Shown in pieces: positions 20,105 to 28,115 of a DNA stretch of 64,000 nt. The DNA comes from an uncultured delta proteobacterium (GTDB lineage: Bacteria; Myxococcota_A; Polyangia; Polyangiales; JAFGIB01). The notes under the pieces were generated by a model, which was not told the origin of the DNA, made no database searches, and was given only the letters and a program-made list of their open reading frames with translations. The DNA lies in contig CAVZVA010000002.1 of the NCBI GenBank assembly GCA_963778655.1, positions 384,001 to 448,000 of the forward strand. The letters are read 5' to 3'. The number at the start of each line of letters is the position of its first letter. The stretch's first letter is position 1. A program made the translations under genes and the position numbers.

Positions 20105-21014
20105 AGGCCGCCCCCAGCATCGCGAACAGCCCCTCGTCGTGATAGCCGTAGAGCGCGTTCACGACCGGGATGTGCAGGTCCAGGTTGAACACCAGGTCGG
20201 TCAGCGGGCTCCAGACCAGCGACGGCACCCCGAACAGGATGAAGCCGCCGGTGTCGGGCTCGTAGCCCTGCGCGTTCTTGCTGCGCGCCTCCAGCCGGAA
20301 CTCGGCGCCCGCGCGCAAGGCGAAGTGATGGCCGAGCTGGTACTGCAGCGTGTGCGTGCCGCGCCAGGAGGTGCCCACGCGGTAGTCCGCCGTGCCCTGG
20401 GTCGGGATGTACACCACCTCGCTCGCGTACACCGACCACGGGTCGGCGAAGAACGCGTAGGACACGCCGGCCAGCGGATCGAACGAGCCGCTTCCGGCTT
20501 GCAGCTCGGGCGCGCGGTAGGCACCGTTCGAGTCGCGCTCGATCGGTCCGGTCGGGATCCGCAGGCCCGCGATCAGGCCGAGCAGGTGGTGTGGCGCGAA
20601 GTCGCGGTCGCGCCACACGAACGCGCGCGCGCGCAGCTCGGTGTCGCCCGGCGTGATCAGCATGTCCTTGGACAGATCCACGTAGGTGAGCTCGCGCCGG
20701 AGCAGCGGCAGCGACGCCGACAGCATCAGCCAGCTCACCGGCGCGTAGGCCACCGAGAGCGCGAGCCGCTCCTCGTTGAGCTTCACCTGGTTGACGTGTG
20801 GCTGGCCGAGCGCGTCGGTGCGATACTGCAGCTCGAGCGCCAGCCGCAGCCGCTGGTCGAAGGGCTGCTGGGCGCCCATCACGGTCAGCGTCGGGTCGCC
20901 AGTCTCGCACATCGAGCAAGCCGCGGCCGTTCGCGGCAGCGCTGCCGAGCAGGCGAGCGCGCAACCGACCCCCAACAGCAAAAGAGGGGTTCGCTTGCGT
21001 GCTCCACGAGCCAT
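20094..21014 (-). CDS. Outer-membrane beta-barrel transporter-like protein with an N-terminal CxxC
   Basis: Signal peptide ending AAA followed by CSMCETGDPTL; PGDTEL, GLRIPTG and LQAGSGSFD; C-terminal LGAAYDL. Confidence 0.75.
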   Translation of the reverse strand: MARGARKRTPLLLLGVGCALACSAALPRTAAACSMCETGDPTLTVMGAQQPFDQRLRLALELQYRTDALGQPHVNQVKLNEERLALSVAYAPVSWLMLSASLPLLRRELTYVDLSKDMLITPGDTELRARAFVWRDRDFAPHHLLGLIAGLRIPTGPIERDSNGAYRAPELQAGSGSFDPLAGVSYAFFADPWSVYASEVVYIPTQGTADYRVGTSWRGTHTLQYQLGHHFALRAGAEFRLEARSKNAQGYEPDTGGFILFGVPSLVWSPLTDLVFNLDLHIPVVNALYGYHDEGLFAMLGAAYDL

Positions 21015-21102
21015 CGGCCGTCACTCCTCGTCCCGGCACCTTGCCGCCGACCGTGGATCCGGACACGTCCCTATGGTTGTGCCCCCGCGGTCCGCCAACA
21101 AT

Positions 21103-21117
21103 GCGGCTATTTGTCGC
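21103..21117. promoter_or_regulatory. RegA/RegR-type box GCGGC-TATTT-GTCGC upstream of the CxxC barrel operon
   Basis: Perfect consensus match, flanked by T and A, about 90 bp from ATG 21014. Confidence 0.7.
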
Positions 21118-21152
21118 ACCCTACCCCGCCGCCGGCACCCAGGCTGCGCAGC

Positions 21153-21181
21153 TTGACGGCGCCGCGCCGACTCGCTAACGA
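21153..21181 (+). promoter_or_regulatory. Possible sigma70 promoter of tRNA-Gly (TTGACG-N17-TAACGA)
   Basis: Good -35 and weak -10, ending 12 nt before the tRNA. Confidence 0.35.
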
Positions 21182-21193
21182 TCCCGGGCCGTT

Positions 21194-21266
21194 GCGGGCA
21201 TAACTCAGTTGGTAGAGTGGCAGCTTCCCATGCTGCAAGTCGTGGGTTCGAATCCCATTGCCCGCT
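21194..21266 (+). tRNA. tRNA-Gly (CCC)
   Basis: Cloverleaf with acceptor GCGGGCA/TGCCCGC, D arm ACTC-AGTTGGTA-GAGT, anticodon arm GCAGC-TTCCCAT-GCTGC and T arm GTGGG-TTCGAAT-CCCAT. U73 discriminator, followed by CCG (CCA not encoded). Confidence 0.95.
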
Positions 21267-21327
21267 CCGAGATCATTCAGGATTCAGCGACGAGGGGCCT
21301 GCCGGAGGCACCCGAGCGGCTGCCCGG

Positions 21328-22281
21328 CTACCTGCGCGGTACGCCGAAACCTGCGAAGAACCCGGGGTCGTAGGCGCCGTCGGGATTTTGGCGCACGAGC
21401 TGGTCGAGCAGCTTGGCGTCCTCGCCGACCAGGATGCGAAAGCGGCCCTCGCGCACCCCGTCGAGGATGATGCTCGCGGCGCCAGCGGCCGAGAGCGGGG
21501 CCTTGTCGCGGAAGTCCGCCAGCCGCTGGGCCATGAAGGCGCGCAGCTGGTCGTCGCTGAGCGCATCGACCGGCGCGCCCTGCCGGGCCGCGGCCGCGCG
21601 CAGGACTGCGACCTCGCCCGCGCTCATCTCGGAGGCTGCGGGCTTGCCCAGCACCGCGCGCGAGTTGATCGCGATGTCGGTGCCTACGTGCCCGGGCATC
21701 ACCAGCGCCACCTTGACGTGCGGCGCGTGCACGCGCAGGTCGGTGAGCAGCCCCTCCGAGAATCCCTTCACGGCGAACTTCGCGGTGCTGTAGGCGGTGT
21801 GCGGAACGCCGGTGCCGAGGCAGGCCCAGAAGCCGTTGACGCTGCTGGTGTTGACGATGCAGGCTTCGTCGCTGGCTACAAGAAGCGGCATGAACGCGCG
21901 CGCGCAGTAGTACACCCCGAACCAGCACACCGCGAAGGTCTTGTCCCAGTCGGCGCGATCGTCCTTCAAGAAGCTGCCGGCGCCGCCGATGCCCGCGTTG
22001 TTGAACAGCAGGTGGACGTGATCGGCGGCGTGCGCGGCTTTGACCGCGTCGCGGAAGGCCAGCACCTGCCCCTCGTCGGAGACGTCGCAGCGATGGCTGC
22101 TGACGCGCACGCCCTGCGGCGCGAGCTGCTCGCAGGCGCGCTTGGTGTCGGCCATGTTGGGCTCGGAGACGTCGCAGAAGGCGACGTGACAGCCCTGGCT
22201 GGCGAGCTGCTTGGCCAGCTCGCGTCCCATGCCCGTGCCGGCTCCGGTGATCACCGCCAGCTTGTCGCGGAAGCTCTGCAT
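21328..22281 (-). CDS. Short-chain dehydrogenase/reductase (SDR)
   Basis: TGAGTGMG, CDVSD, FNNAGI, NTSS and YSTAK. Confidence 0.93.
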   Translation of the reverse strand: MQSFRDKLAVITGAGTGMGRELAKQLASQGCHVAFCDVSEPNMADTKRACEQLAPQGVRVSSHRCDVSDEGQVLAFRDAVKAAHAADHVHLLFNNAGIGGAGSFLKDDRADWDKTFAVCWFGVYYCARAFMPLLVASDEACIVNTSSVNGFWACLGTGVPHTAYSTAKFAVKGFSEGLLTDLRVHAPHVKVALVMPGHVGTDIAINSRAVLGKPAASEMSAGEVAVLRAAAARQGAPVDALSDDQLRAFMAQRLADFRDKAPLSAAGAASIILDGVREGRFRILVGEDAKLLDQLVRQNPDGAYDPGFFAGFGVPRR

Positions 22282-22540
22282 CGCGTCGTCCTTCCCGGGT
22301 TGTGCCGTTGGCCGCCGCCCGCGCTGCCGCGCAGCGGGCTTTCCGCACGATACCCCGCCGGCAAACGCCGGCGCAGCGCCAAAGTTGCCTGCGGTGCCAC
22401 GACCGACCCGATCCGGGCGGGCTGACGGCCGCGGGGAGCGGGCGGCCCGACCGGACCGGCGCCGCGGCGGCCAATCGCCTACACCCGCAGGCCGGCGCGC
22501 GGGTTGATTGGAGACAACGGGCCGCGCGGGCCGGGCGCGC

Positions 22541-22556
22541 TGGCACCGCCTATGCA
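22541..22556 (+). promoter_or_regulatory. Sigma54-type promoter TGGCAC-CGCCT-ATGCA
   Basis: GG-N10-GC spacing, 25 nt before the ATG of the TPR gene. Confidence 0.5.
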
Positions 22557-22581
22557 TGAGCACCTCGGTGGAGGCACGGGC

Positions 22582-23481
22582 ATGAAACACAACACGCTGG
22601 CAGTCGGCGGGGGTCTCGTCCTGCTATTCGCGAGCCCGGCAGCCGCGCAGCTGAGCCCGCCGCCGCAGAGCGGGGTGCGTGCTCCGAGCGAACTACGCGC
22701 GGACGGGTTGACCACCCGCTCGATCGACGCCGAGGTCGCGGGCGACCATCGGGGCGCGCTCGCATTCGCGGATGAGGCGATTCGCGCCAGCCAGGGCGAT
22801 CCGTGGGGTCACTACGTGCGCGCCGACGCCCTGGTTTCGCTGGGACGCACCGACCAGGCGCTGGCCGCATACCGCGCTGCGGAAAGCGCCTTCTCGGAGG
22901 ACGACCCCTGGGGCAAATCGCTCGCCATCTGGGGCCAGGCCAATGCGCTGCAAAACGTGGGCCGCTGCCAGGACGCGTCCCCGCTCTACCAGCGCTACGC
23001 GGGCTTCGTGGCGGACCGCGACGAGGCGGCCGCCGGGCTGGCGAAGAAGTACGCGGCCAGGACGTGCCAGCCCCCACCGCCGCCGCGCTATACAGCGCTC
23101 CAGGTGGAGGCGGCGAGCGCCGAAATCGGGGGCAATCCGCAGCGATCGCTGCAGCTCGCCGACGCGGCGCTGCGCGCCGACGCGGGCGACGGATGGAGCT
23201 ACTTCCTGCGTGGAGACGCGCTGCTGTCGCTGCACCGCTTCGACGAAGCCGTGGCCGCCTATCGCGCCGCCGAGCAGCGCTTTCCAGCAAGCGAAGCCTG
23301 GGAAACCTCGCTCGCGATCTGGGGCCAGGCCAACGCGCTGAAGGAAGCCGGGCGCTGCGCCGAGGCTGCGCCGATCTACATGCGCTACGCGACGTTCGTC
23401 GAAAAGCGCGATCGAGCGGGCGCGGCCCTGGGGCGCCAATACGCGCAGCGGCAATGTGCCCCGGTTGCGACGCCCAAGTGA
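22582..23481 (+). CDS. Secreted TPR protein made of two tandem homologous domains
   Basis: Signal peptide; duplicated unit W..Y.R.DAL.SL.R.D.A.AAYRAAE..F...SLAIWGQANAL...GRC..A.P.Y.RYA.FV..RD..C. Confidence 0.8.
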   Translation: MKHNTLAVGGGLVLLFASPAAAQLSPPPQSGVRAPSELRADGLTTRSIDAEVAGDHRGALAFADEAIRASQGDPWGHYVRADALVSLGRTDQALAAYRAAESAFSEDDPWGKSLAIWGQANALQNVGRCQDASPLYQRYAGFVADRDEAAAGLAKKYAARTCQPPPPPRYTALQVEAASAEIGGNPQRSLQLADAALRADAGDGWSYFLRGDALLSLHRFDEAVAAYRAAEQRFPASEAWETSLAIWGQANALKEAGRCAEAAPIYMRYATFVEKRDRAGAALGRQYAQRQCAPVATPK

Positions 23482-23496
23482 CCGCGTCGGGCGACG

Positions 23497-24003
23497 TCAG
23501 AGCCGCGCCAGCCACATGCGCAGGCGCAAGCCGAGCTCTGTGGTGTAGCCGACCTCGACCTGGCGCACGATGCCGCGCGCGTCGATCACGAAGCTGGTGG
23601 GAAAGGCGCGGACGCCAAAGCGGCGCGCCAGCTCGCCGCGGGTGTCCACCACCACCTTCAGCGAGAGCCCGCGCTCGCGCAGGTAGGCAGCGACGTGCGC
23701 CGCGGGTCCCGACTGGCTGGCCACCGTGAGCACCGGGAGATCGCGCGAGACCGCGACGAGATTGCTCTGCTCGGCCTGGCACACGCGGCACCAGGTCGCC
23801 CAGAAGCACAGCAGCAGCGGCCGGCCCCGATAATGCACCAGCGAGACCGCGCTGCCGTCGAGCGCGGTGGCCTCGAAGGCGGGCGCCGGCCCGCTGGCTG
23901 CGCCGCGCTGCTGGTAAGCCTGCAGCGCAAAGTAGACCAGCGCGAACAGCGCGACGTCTCGCCCCAGGACCAGCCATCTGCGGTCGCGCAGCCGAACACG
24001 CAT
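23497..24003 (-). CDS. TlpA/ResA-like thiol:disulfide oxidoreductase
   Basis: FWATWCRVC, FGVRAFPTSFVID, N-terminal TM. Confidence 0.88.
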   Translation of the reverse strand: MRVRLRDRRWLVLGRDVALFALVYFALQAYQQRGAASGPAPAFEATALDGSAVSLVHYRGRPLLLCFWATWCRVCQAEQSNLVAVSRDLPVLTVASQSGPAAHVAAYLRERGLSLKVVVDTRGELARRFGVRAFPTSFVIDARGIVRQVEVGYTTELGLRLRMWLARL

Positions 24004-24095
24004 GCGGCCGGTGTAGTGCGCGCGGCAGCGACCGGCAAGCGAGTGCTCGGACCGAGCCCTTGCGGGCCTCGCCGCGACCTGGCTACGGTCGTTGT

Positions 24096-24734
24096 GTGGA
24101 CGCGCTGCTGCTCGATCTCTACGACACGCTGGTGTGGACCGACTGGCCGGCGCTGAGCGAGCCGGTCGCGCGCGGGCTGGGCGTCAGCGCGGAGCGGCTG
24201 CTGAACGCCTACATGCAGACCCGGCCTGCGCGCAGCCGCGGCGAGCACGCGGACCTTGCGGGCGATCTCGGGGCGATCGCAGAGGCGTGCGGCATACGGC
24301 TTGCGCCCGAGGCGCTGCGCGCGCTCGCCCGCGAGCTGGTCGCACTGGGGCGGCGGCACGTGCATCTGTACGACGACGCGCTGCCGTTGCTGCGCCGCGT
24401 GCGCGCGCGCGGCACGCCGGTGGTCCTGGTCAGCAACTGCGATCACGCGACGCGACCGATCGTCGAGCACCTGGGCCTGCCGGACGCATTCGACGCCGTG
24501 GTGCTCTCGTGCGAGGCGGGCAGCGCCAAGCCCGAGGCCGGGATCTTCCTGCAGGCGCTGGGACGGGTGTCGGCGACGCCCGGCAGGGCGCTGTTCGTCG
24601 ACGACCAAGCCCGCTACCTGGACGGCGCGGCGGCGCTGGGCATGCGCACGCTGCGGATCGCGCGCCACCCTGACGCCGCCCGAGCTCCGGGCGGAGCGCA
24701 CGCCGTGATCCGGAGCTTCGCCGAGATCGGCTGA
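24096..24734 (+). CDS. HAD-family hydrolase (subfamily IA)
   Basis: LLDLYDTLV, VSNCD, KPEAGIF and FVDD...GAAALGM. Confidence 0.88.
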   Translation: MDALLLDLYDTLVWTDWPALSEPVARGLGVSAERLLNAYMQTRPARSRGEHADLAGDLGAIAEACGIRLAPEALRALARELVALGRRHVHLYDDALPLLRRVRARGTPVVLVSNCDHATRPIVEHLGLPDAFDAVVLSCEAGSAKPEAGIFLQALGRVSATPGRALFVDDQARYLDGAAALGMRTLRIARHPDAARAPGGAHAVIRSFAEIG

Positions 24735-24775
24735 GCGCGGCCCCGGGCAGGCACTCGCCGGCGGAGGGTTGCGAA

Positions 24776-24797
24776 ATTTTGGCCGATCGGCCAAAAT
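24776..24797. promoter_or_regulatory. Perfect 22-bp palindrome ATTTTGGCCGATCGGCCAAAAT, operator candidate
   Basis: Directly upstream of ATG 24804, next to a TTGCGA -35-like hexamer. Confidence 0.65.
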
Positions 24798-24803
24798 ACT
24801 CCC

Positions 24804-25994
24804 ATGCCCCCACTCGGGACTGGCCTCGGCCTGACTGCCGCGCTGCTGGCGACCGCACTGGTGTGCCTGTGGTCGGTGCTGGCGGTCGCCGTGCTGGCGC
24901 GGGTGCGCCTGCGCGGCCCCGCGACCCCGCCCGGGCCCGCCACCGCCCCGGAGCCGATCAGCGTGCTCAAGCCGCTCTGCGGCGTGGACCAGGCGCTCGA
25001 GGCGAGCCTGCGCAGCTTCTTCGAGCAGCGCTACCCGGACTACGAGATCGTGATCGGCGTGCAGGACCCGGACGACCCGGCGCTGGCGGTGGCGCGCAAG
25101 CTCAAGGCGGAGTATCCGCAGCGGGCCTGCCGCATCGTGGTGCACAACGGCGACGGCCTGAACCCCAAGGTCGCCAACCTGCGCGGCATGCTGGCCGCAG
25201 TCAGCCACGACCTGCTGGTGATCAGCGACTCGAACGTGGCGGTGAAACCGGGCTGGCTCGGCGAGCTGGCGGCCGAGATCGCGCGCCCCGGCGTCGGCCT
25301 GGTGTTCAACCCCATCGCGGGCGTCGGCGAGCGCACGCTCGGGGCCACGCTCGAGAACCTGCAGCTGTGCGGGCCGGTGGCCGCGGGCGTGGCGGTGCCG
25401 ACCGAGCTGCTCGGTTACCCGGCGGTGGTGGGCAAGTCGATGCTGTTTCGGCGCTCGGTGTTCGAGCGTCTGGGCGGCTTCGAGAGCGTGGCGAGCGTGC
25501 TGGCGGAGGACTACGTGATCGGCCGCATGTTCGCGGCGGCCGGCTACGGCGTGAGCCTGGCCTCCACGCCGGTCTACAACATCAGCCAGTCGACCAGCGT
25601 GCGCGCCTTCTGCGCGCGCCAGCTGCGCTGGGCCATGCTGCGGTTGCGGCTGCAGCCAATCGCCTACGCGCTCGAGCCGCTCACCAGCCCGTTCGCGTTC
25701 GCGCTGCTGCTGGTGCTCGCCGGCCTCGCGCCTTGGCCCGTGCTCGGCTACGGCTTGCTCGCCACCGCGCTACGCGACGCGCTGCTGTTCAGCCTGTTGC
25801 GCGGGCCGCGCGGGCTGCTGCGCGCGCTGCCGCTGCTGCCGCTACGCGAGCTGCTCTCGCTCGCGGTGTGGCTGGCGGCCCCGTGCTTCCGTCACGTGCG
25901 CTGGCGCGGCCACCGGCTGCGACTGAGCGCCGGCACCCGGCTCTACGTCGAGCACCCGCTGCCGCTCCCCCGCCTCCTGCAGATCGAGAGCTGA
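24804..25994 (+). CDS. Ceramide glucosyltransferase/HpnI-like GT2 (GT21) glycosyltransferase
   Basis: SVLKPLCGVD, NPKVANL, ISDSNV, LAEDY and RQLRW. Confidence 0.85.
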   Translation: MPPLGTGLGLTAALLATALVCLWSVLAVAVLARVRLRGPATPPGPATAPEPISVLKPLCGVDQALEASLRSFFEQRYPDYEIVIGVQDPDDPALAVARKLKAEYPQRACRIVVHNGDGLNPKVANLRGMLAAVSHDLLVISDSNVAVKPGWLGELAAEIARPGVGLVFNPIAGVGERTLGATLENLQLCGPVAAGVAVPTELLGYPAVVGKSMLFRRSVFERLGGFESVASVLAEDYVIGRMFAAAGYGVSLASTPVYNISQSTSVRAFCARQLRWAMLRLRLQPIAYALEPLTSPFAFALLLVLAGLAPWPVLGYGLLATALRDALLFSLLRGPRGLLRALPLLPLRELLSLAVWLAAPCFRHVRWRGHRLRLSAGTRLYVEHPLPLPRLLQIES

Positions 25995-26018
25995 GCGCGG
26001 TTTCCGAATCCCAGCCGC

Positions 26019-27095
26019 TCAGTACGCGTTCTGCCGCACTTTGCGCCCGAACACGGTCAGCCAGAGAATGCGCAGGTCGAGCCACAGGCTCCAACTCTTG
26101 ATGTAGTGCAGGTCGTGCTCGACCCGGTAGACCATCTTGCGCAGCGTGTCGGTCTCGCCGCGCCAGCCGTTGACCTGGGCCCAGCCGGTGATGCCGGGCT
26201 TGACCTTGTGGCGCAGCATGTACTCGACGATTTGCCGCCGGTAGAGCTGGTTGTGCGCGACCGCGTGTGGGCGCGGGCCCACCAGGGACATCTCCCCGCG
26301 CACCACGTTGATGAGCTGCGGCAGCTCGTCCAGCGAGCTGCGTCGCAGAAAGCGCCCGAGCCGGGTCACGCGCGGGTCACCCTTCTGCGCCTGGCGCACG
26401 GTGGGGCCGTTCTCCTCGACGCGCATGCTGCGGAACTTGAATACCTCGATTTCTTGCCCGCCACGGCCGTAGCGCCGCTGGCGAAACAGCACCGGCCCCT
26501 TGGAGCCGAGCTTGATCGCGAGCGCGATGCACAGCATGGGCAGCGCGCACAGCAGCAGCCCGAAGCCGCCCAGCACGAGATCGAGCGCACGCTTGACCGG
26601 TCCGTTGATGCCGCGCGATTCGGCCACCACCAGGTCGCGGTACTGCGGCGGCGCCAGGCTCAGCGCCAGCGCCAGCGCCAGCATGTGCGAGTCCTCGCGC
26701 AGGTCGATGGTGCCGTCCGCGTCGCAGACCTTGCGCGTGAGCTCGAGCATGCGCCGCGAGGTGGTGTGCGCGCGGCTCTCGAAGTCGGCGACCGCGCTCT
26801 GCAGGTCGAAGCGCTCGGGATCGAATTCGGAAAGCTGGCGCTCGAGCGGCTCGGGCAGCATGTCGCTGCCGACGAGCTGACACAACAGCCCGCGCACGGT
26901 GAGCCGCTCCTGCTCGCAGAAGACTCCGTCGGCGTGCGCCGCGCCCAGCATCAGGTTCGCGACCGGACGGATGCTGTCGTAGTCCTCGGGCATGTCGGGC
27001 GACGAGACCACGCTGCCGCGCGAGCCCGCGATGCGGAACGGCGTGCGGTACTGGCGACTCTGGCGGCTGTCGCGGTCGTCGATCTCGTCGCTCAC
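26019..27095 (-). CDS. TerB-like domain fused to a WcaJ-type polyprenyl-phosphate phosphoglycosyltransferase
   Basis: N-terminal half GAAHADG...EQER...VCDADGTIDLRED; C-terminal half KRALD, FKFRSM, DPRVT, SLDELPQ, GEMSLVGPRP and KPGITGWAQVNG. Alternative start is ATG 26993. Confidence 0.85.
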   Translation of the reverse strand: MSDEIDDRDSRQSRQYRTPFRIAGSRGSVVSSPDMPEDYDSIRPVANLMLGAAHADGVFCEQERLTVRGLLCQLVGSDMLPEPLERQLSEFDPERFDLQSAVADFESRAHTTSRRMLELTRKVCDADGTIDLREDSHMLALALALSLAPPQYRDLVVAESRGINGPVKRALDLVLGGFGLLLCALPMLCIALAIKLGSKGPVLFRQRRYGRGGQEIEVFKFRSMRVEENGPTVRQAQKGDPRVTRLGRFLRRSSLDELPQLINVVRGEMSLVGPRPHAVAHNQLYRRQIVEYMLRHKVKPGITGWAQVNGWRGETDTLRKMVYRVEHDLHYIKSWSLWLDLRILWLTVFGRKVRQNAY

Positions 27096-27190
27096 GGTGA
27101 CCGCCAGCCTACCACCTGCGCGGCCACGGGCCTATGTGACGGCCGCCACAACGCAGGCGTTTTGTGGGAAACGGGAGCCCCCGCGGCCGG

Positions 27191-28069
27191 TCAAGCCCGG
27201 GGGGCGGGGACGGCCGGCGGGCTGAAGCGCACGCTGACCACCGAGCCCAGCATGATCAGCAGGGCCCCGGCGATGGTCGTGCTCGACGGCACCTCGGCGA
27301 AGAACAGCGCACCCCAGACGGCCGCGAACACCACCTGCAGGAAGCTGTAACTGGCGGCGCGGCCGGCGTGGTCGAGCTGCAGCCCGCGCGTGATCGCGAC
27401 CTGGCCGATCTGGGTGCTCACGCCCAGCAACAAGAGCAGCACCCACTCCCAGCCGACCGGCCACAGCGCCGTGTGCCACATCCCCGGGATTGACGCGGGC
27501 AGCGCCACGAACGGGAAGTAGAACACGATCACCAGCGGGTGCTCGCGCTGGCCGAGCTTGCGTACGATGACGTAGGCGCAGGCGGTGAGCAGCGCGCCAC
27601 CCACGGCCGCCATCAGTGCCAGCGTGGGGACCGCGCCGTGTCCCGAAGACAACAGCGTCGCCGGCCGCAGGATCACCAGCAGGCCCCCCATGCTCAACGC
27701 GATCGAGACCAGGGTGGCGGGGTGGAGGCGCTCGCGCAGCACCAGCGCCGCGAGCAGCGCCGTGAACGCCGGATGCAGGTACTGCAGCAGCGTGGCCTCG
27801 GCCAGCGGCATGTGCGTGACCGCGTAGTACACGCACGACAGGGCGAGAAATCCGGTCAAGCCGCGCAGCCACAGCAGCGGGCTGCGGCTGCCGAGCAGCG
27901 GCACTCTGGCCCGTCGCAGCGCGACGTAGCTCAGCACCAGGGTGACGGCGGCGCGGGCGGTGACCAACTCCTGCGACGGAAGCCGGCGGCCGGCCAGCTT
28001 GACGAACAGGGTCATCACGCTGAACGCGAACGCGCTCAGCACCATGTAGCGCGCGCTTCGCGATAACAT
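27191..28069 (-). CDS. DMT/EamA family transporter
   Basis: Two EamA-like halves, about 10 TM segments, LRERL and VWGALFFAEVP. Confidence 0.9.
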   Translation of the reverse strand: MLSRSARYMVLSAFAFSVMTLFVKLAGRRLPSQELVTARAAVTLVLSYVALRRARVPLLGSRSPLLWLRGLTGFLALSCVYYAVTHMPLAEATLLQYLHPAFTALLAALVLRERLHPATLVSIALSMGGLLVILRPATLLSSGHGAVPTLALMAAVGGALLTACAYVIVRKLGQREHPLVIVFYFPFVALPASIPGMWHTALWPVGWEWVLLLLLGVSTQIGQVAITRGLQLDHAGRAASYSFLQVVFAAVWGALFFAEVPSSTTIAGALLIMLGSVVSVRFSPPAVPAPRA

Positions 28070-28115
28070 CGCCGGGGTATAGCGCAGGGCAGGCTGTTGT
28101 CGACGCCGGTGCGCG

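Noticed and set aside
21194..21269. tRNA-anchored genomic island or prophage
   Set aside because: No integrase, no duplicated tRNA 3' end seen, and the flanking genes look native.
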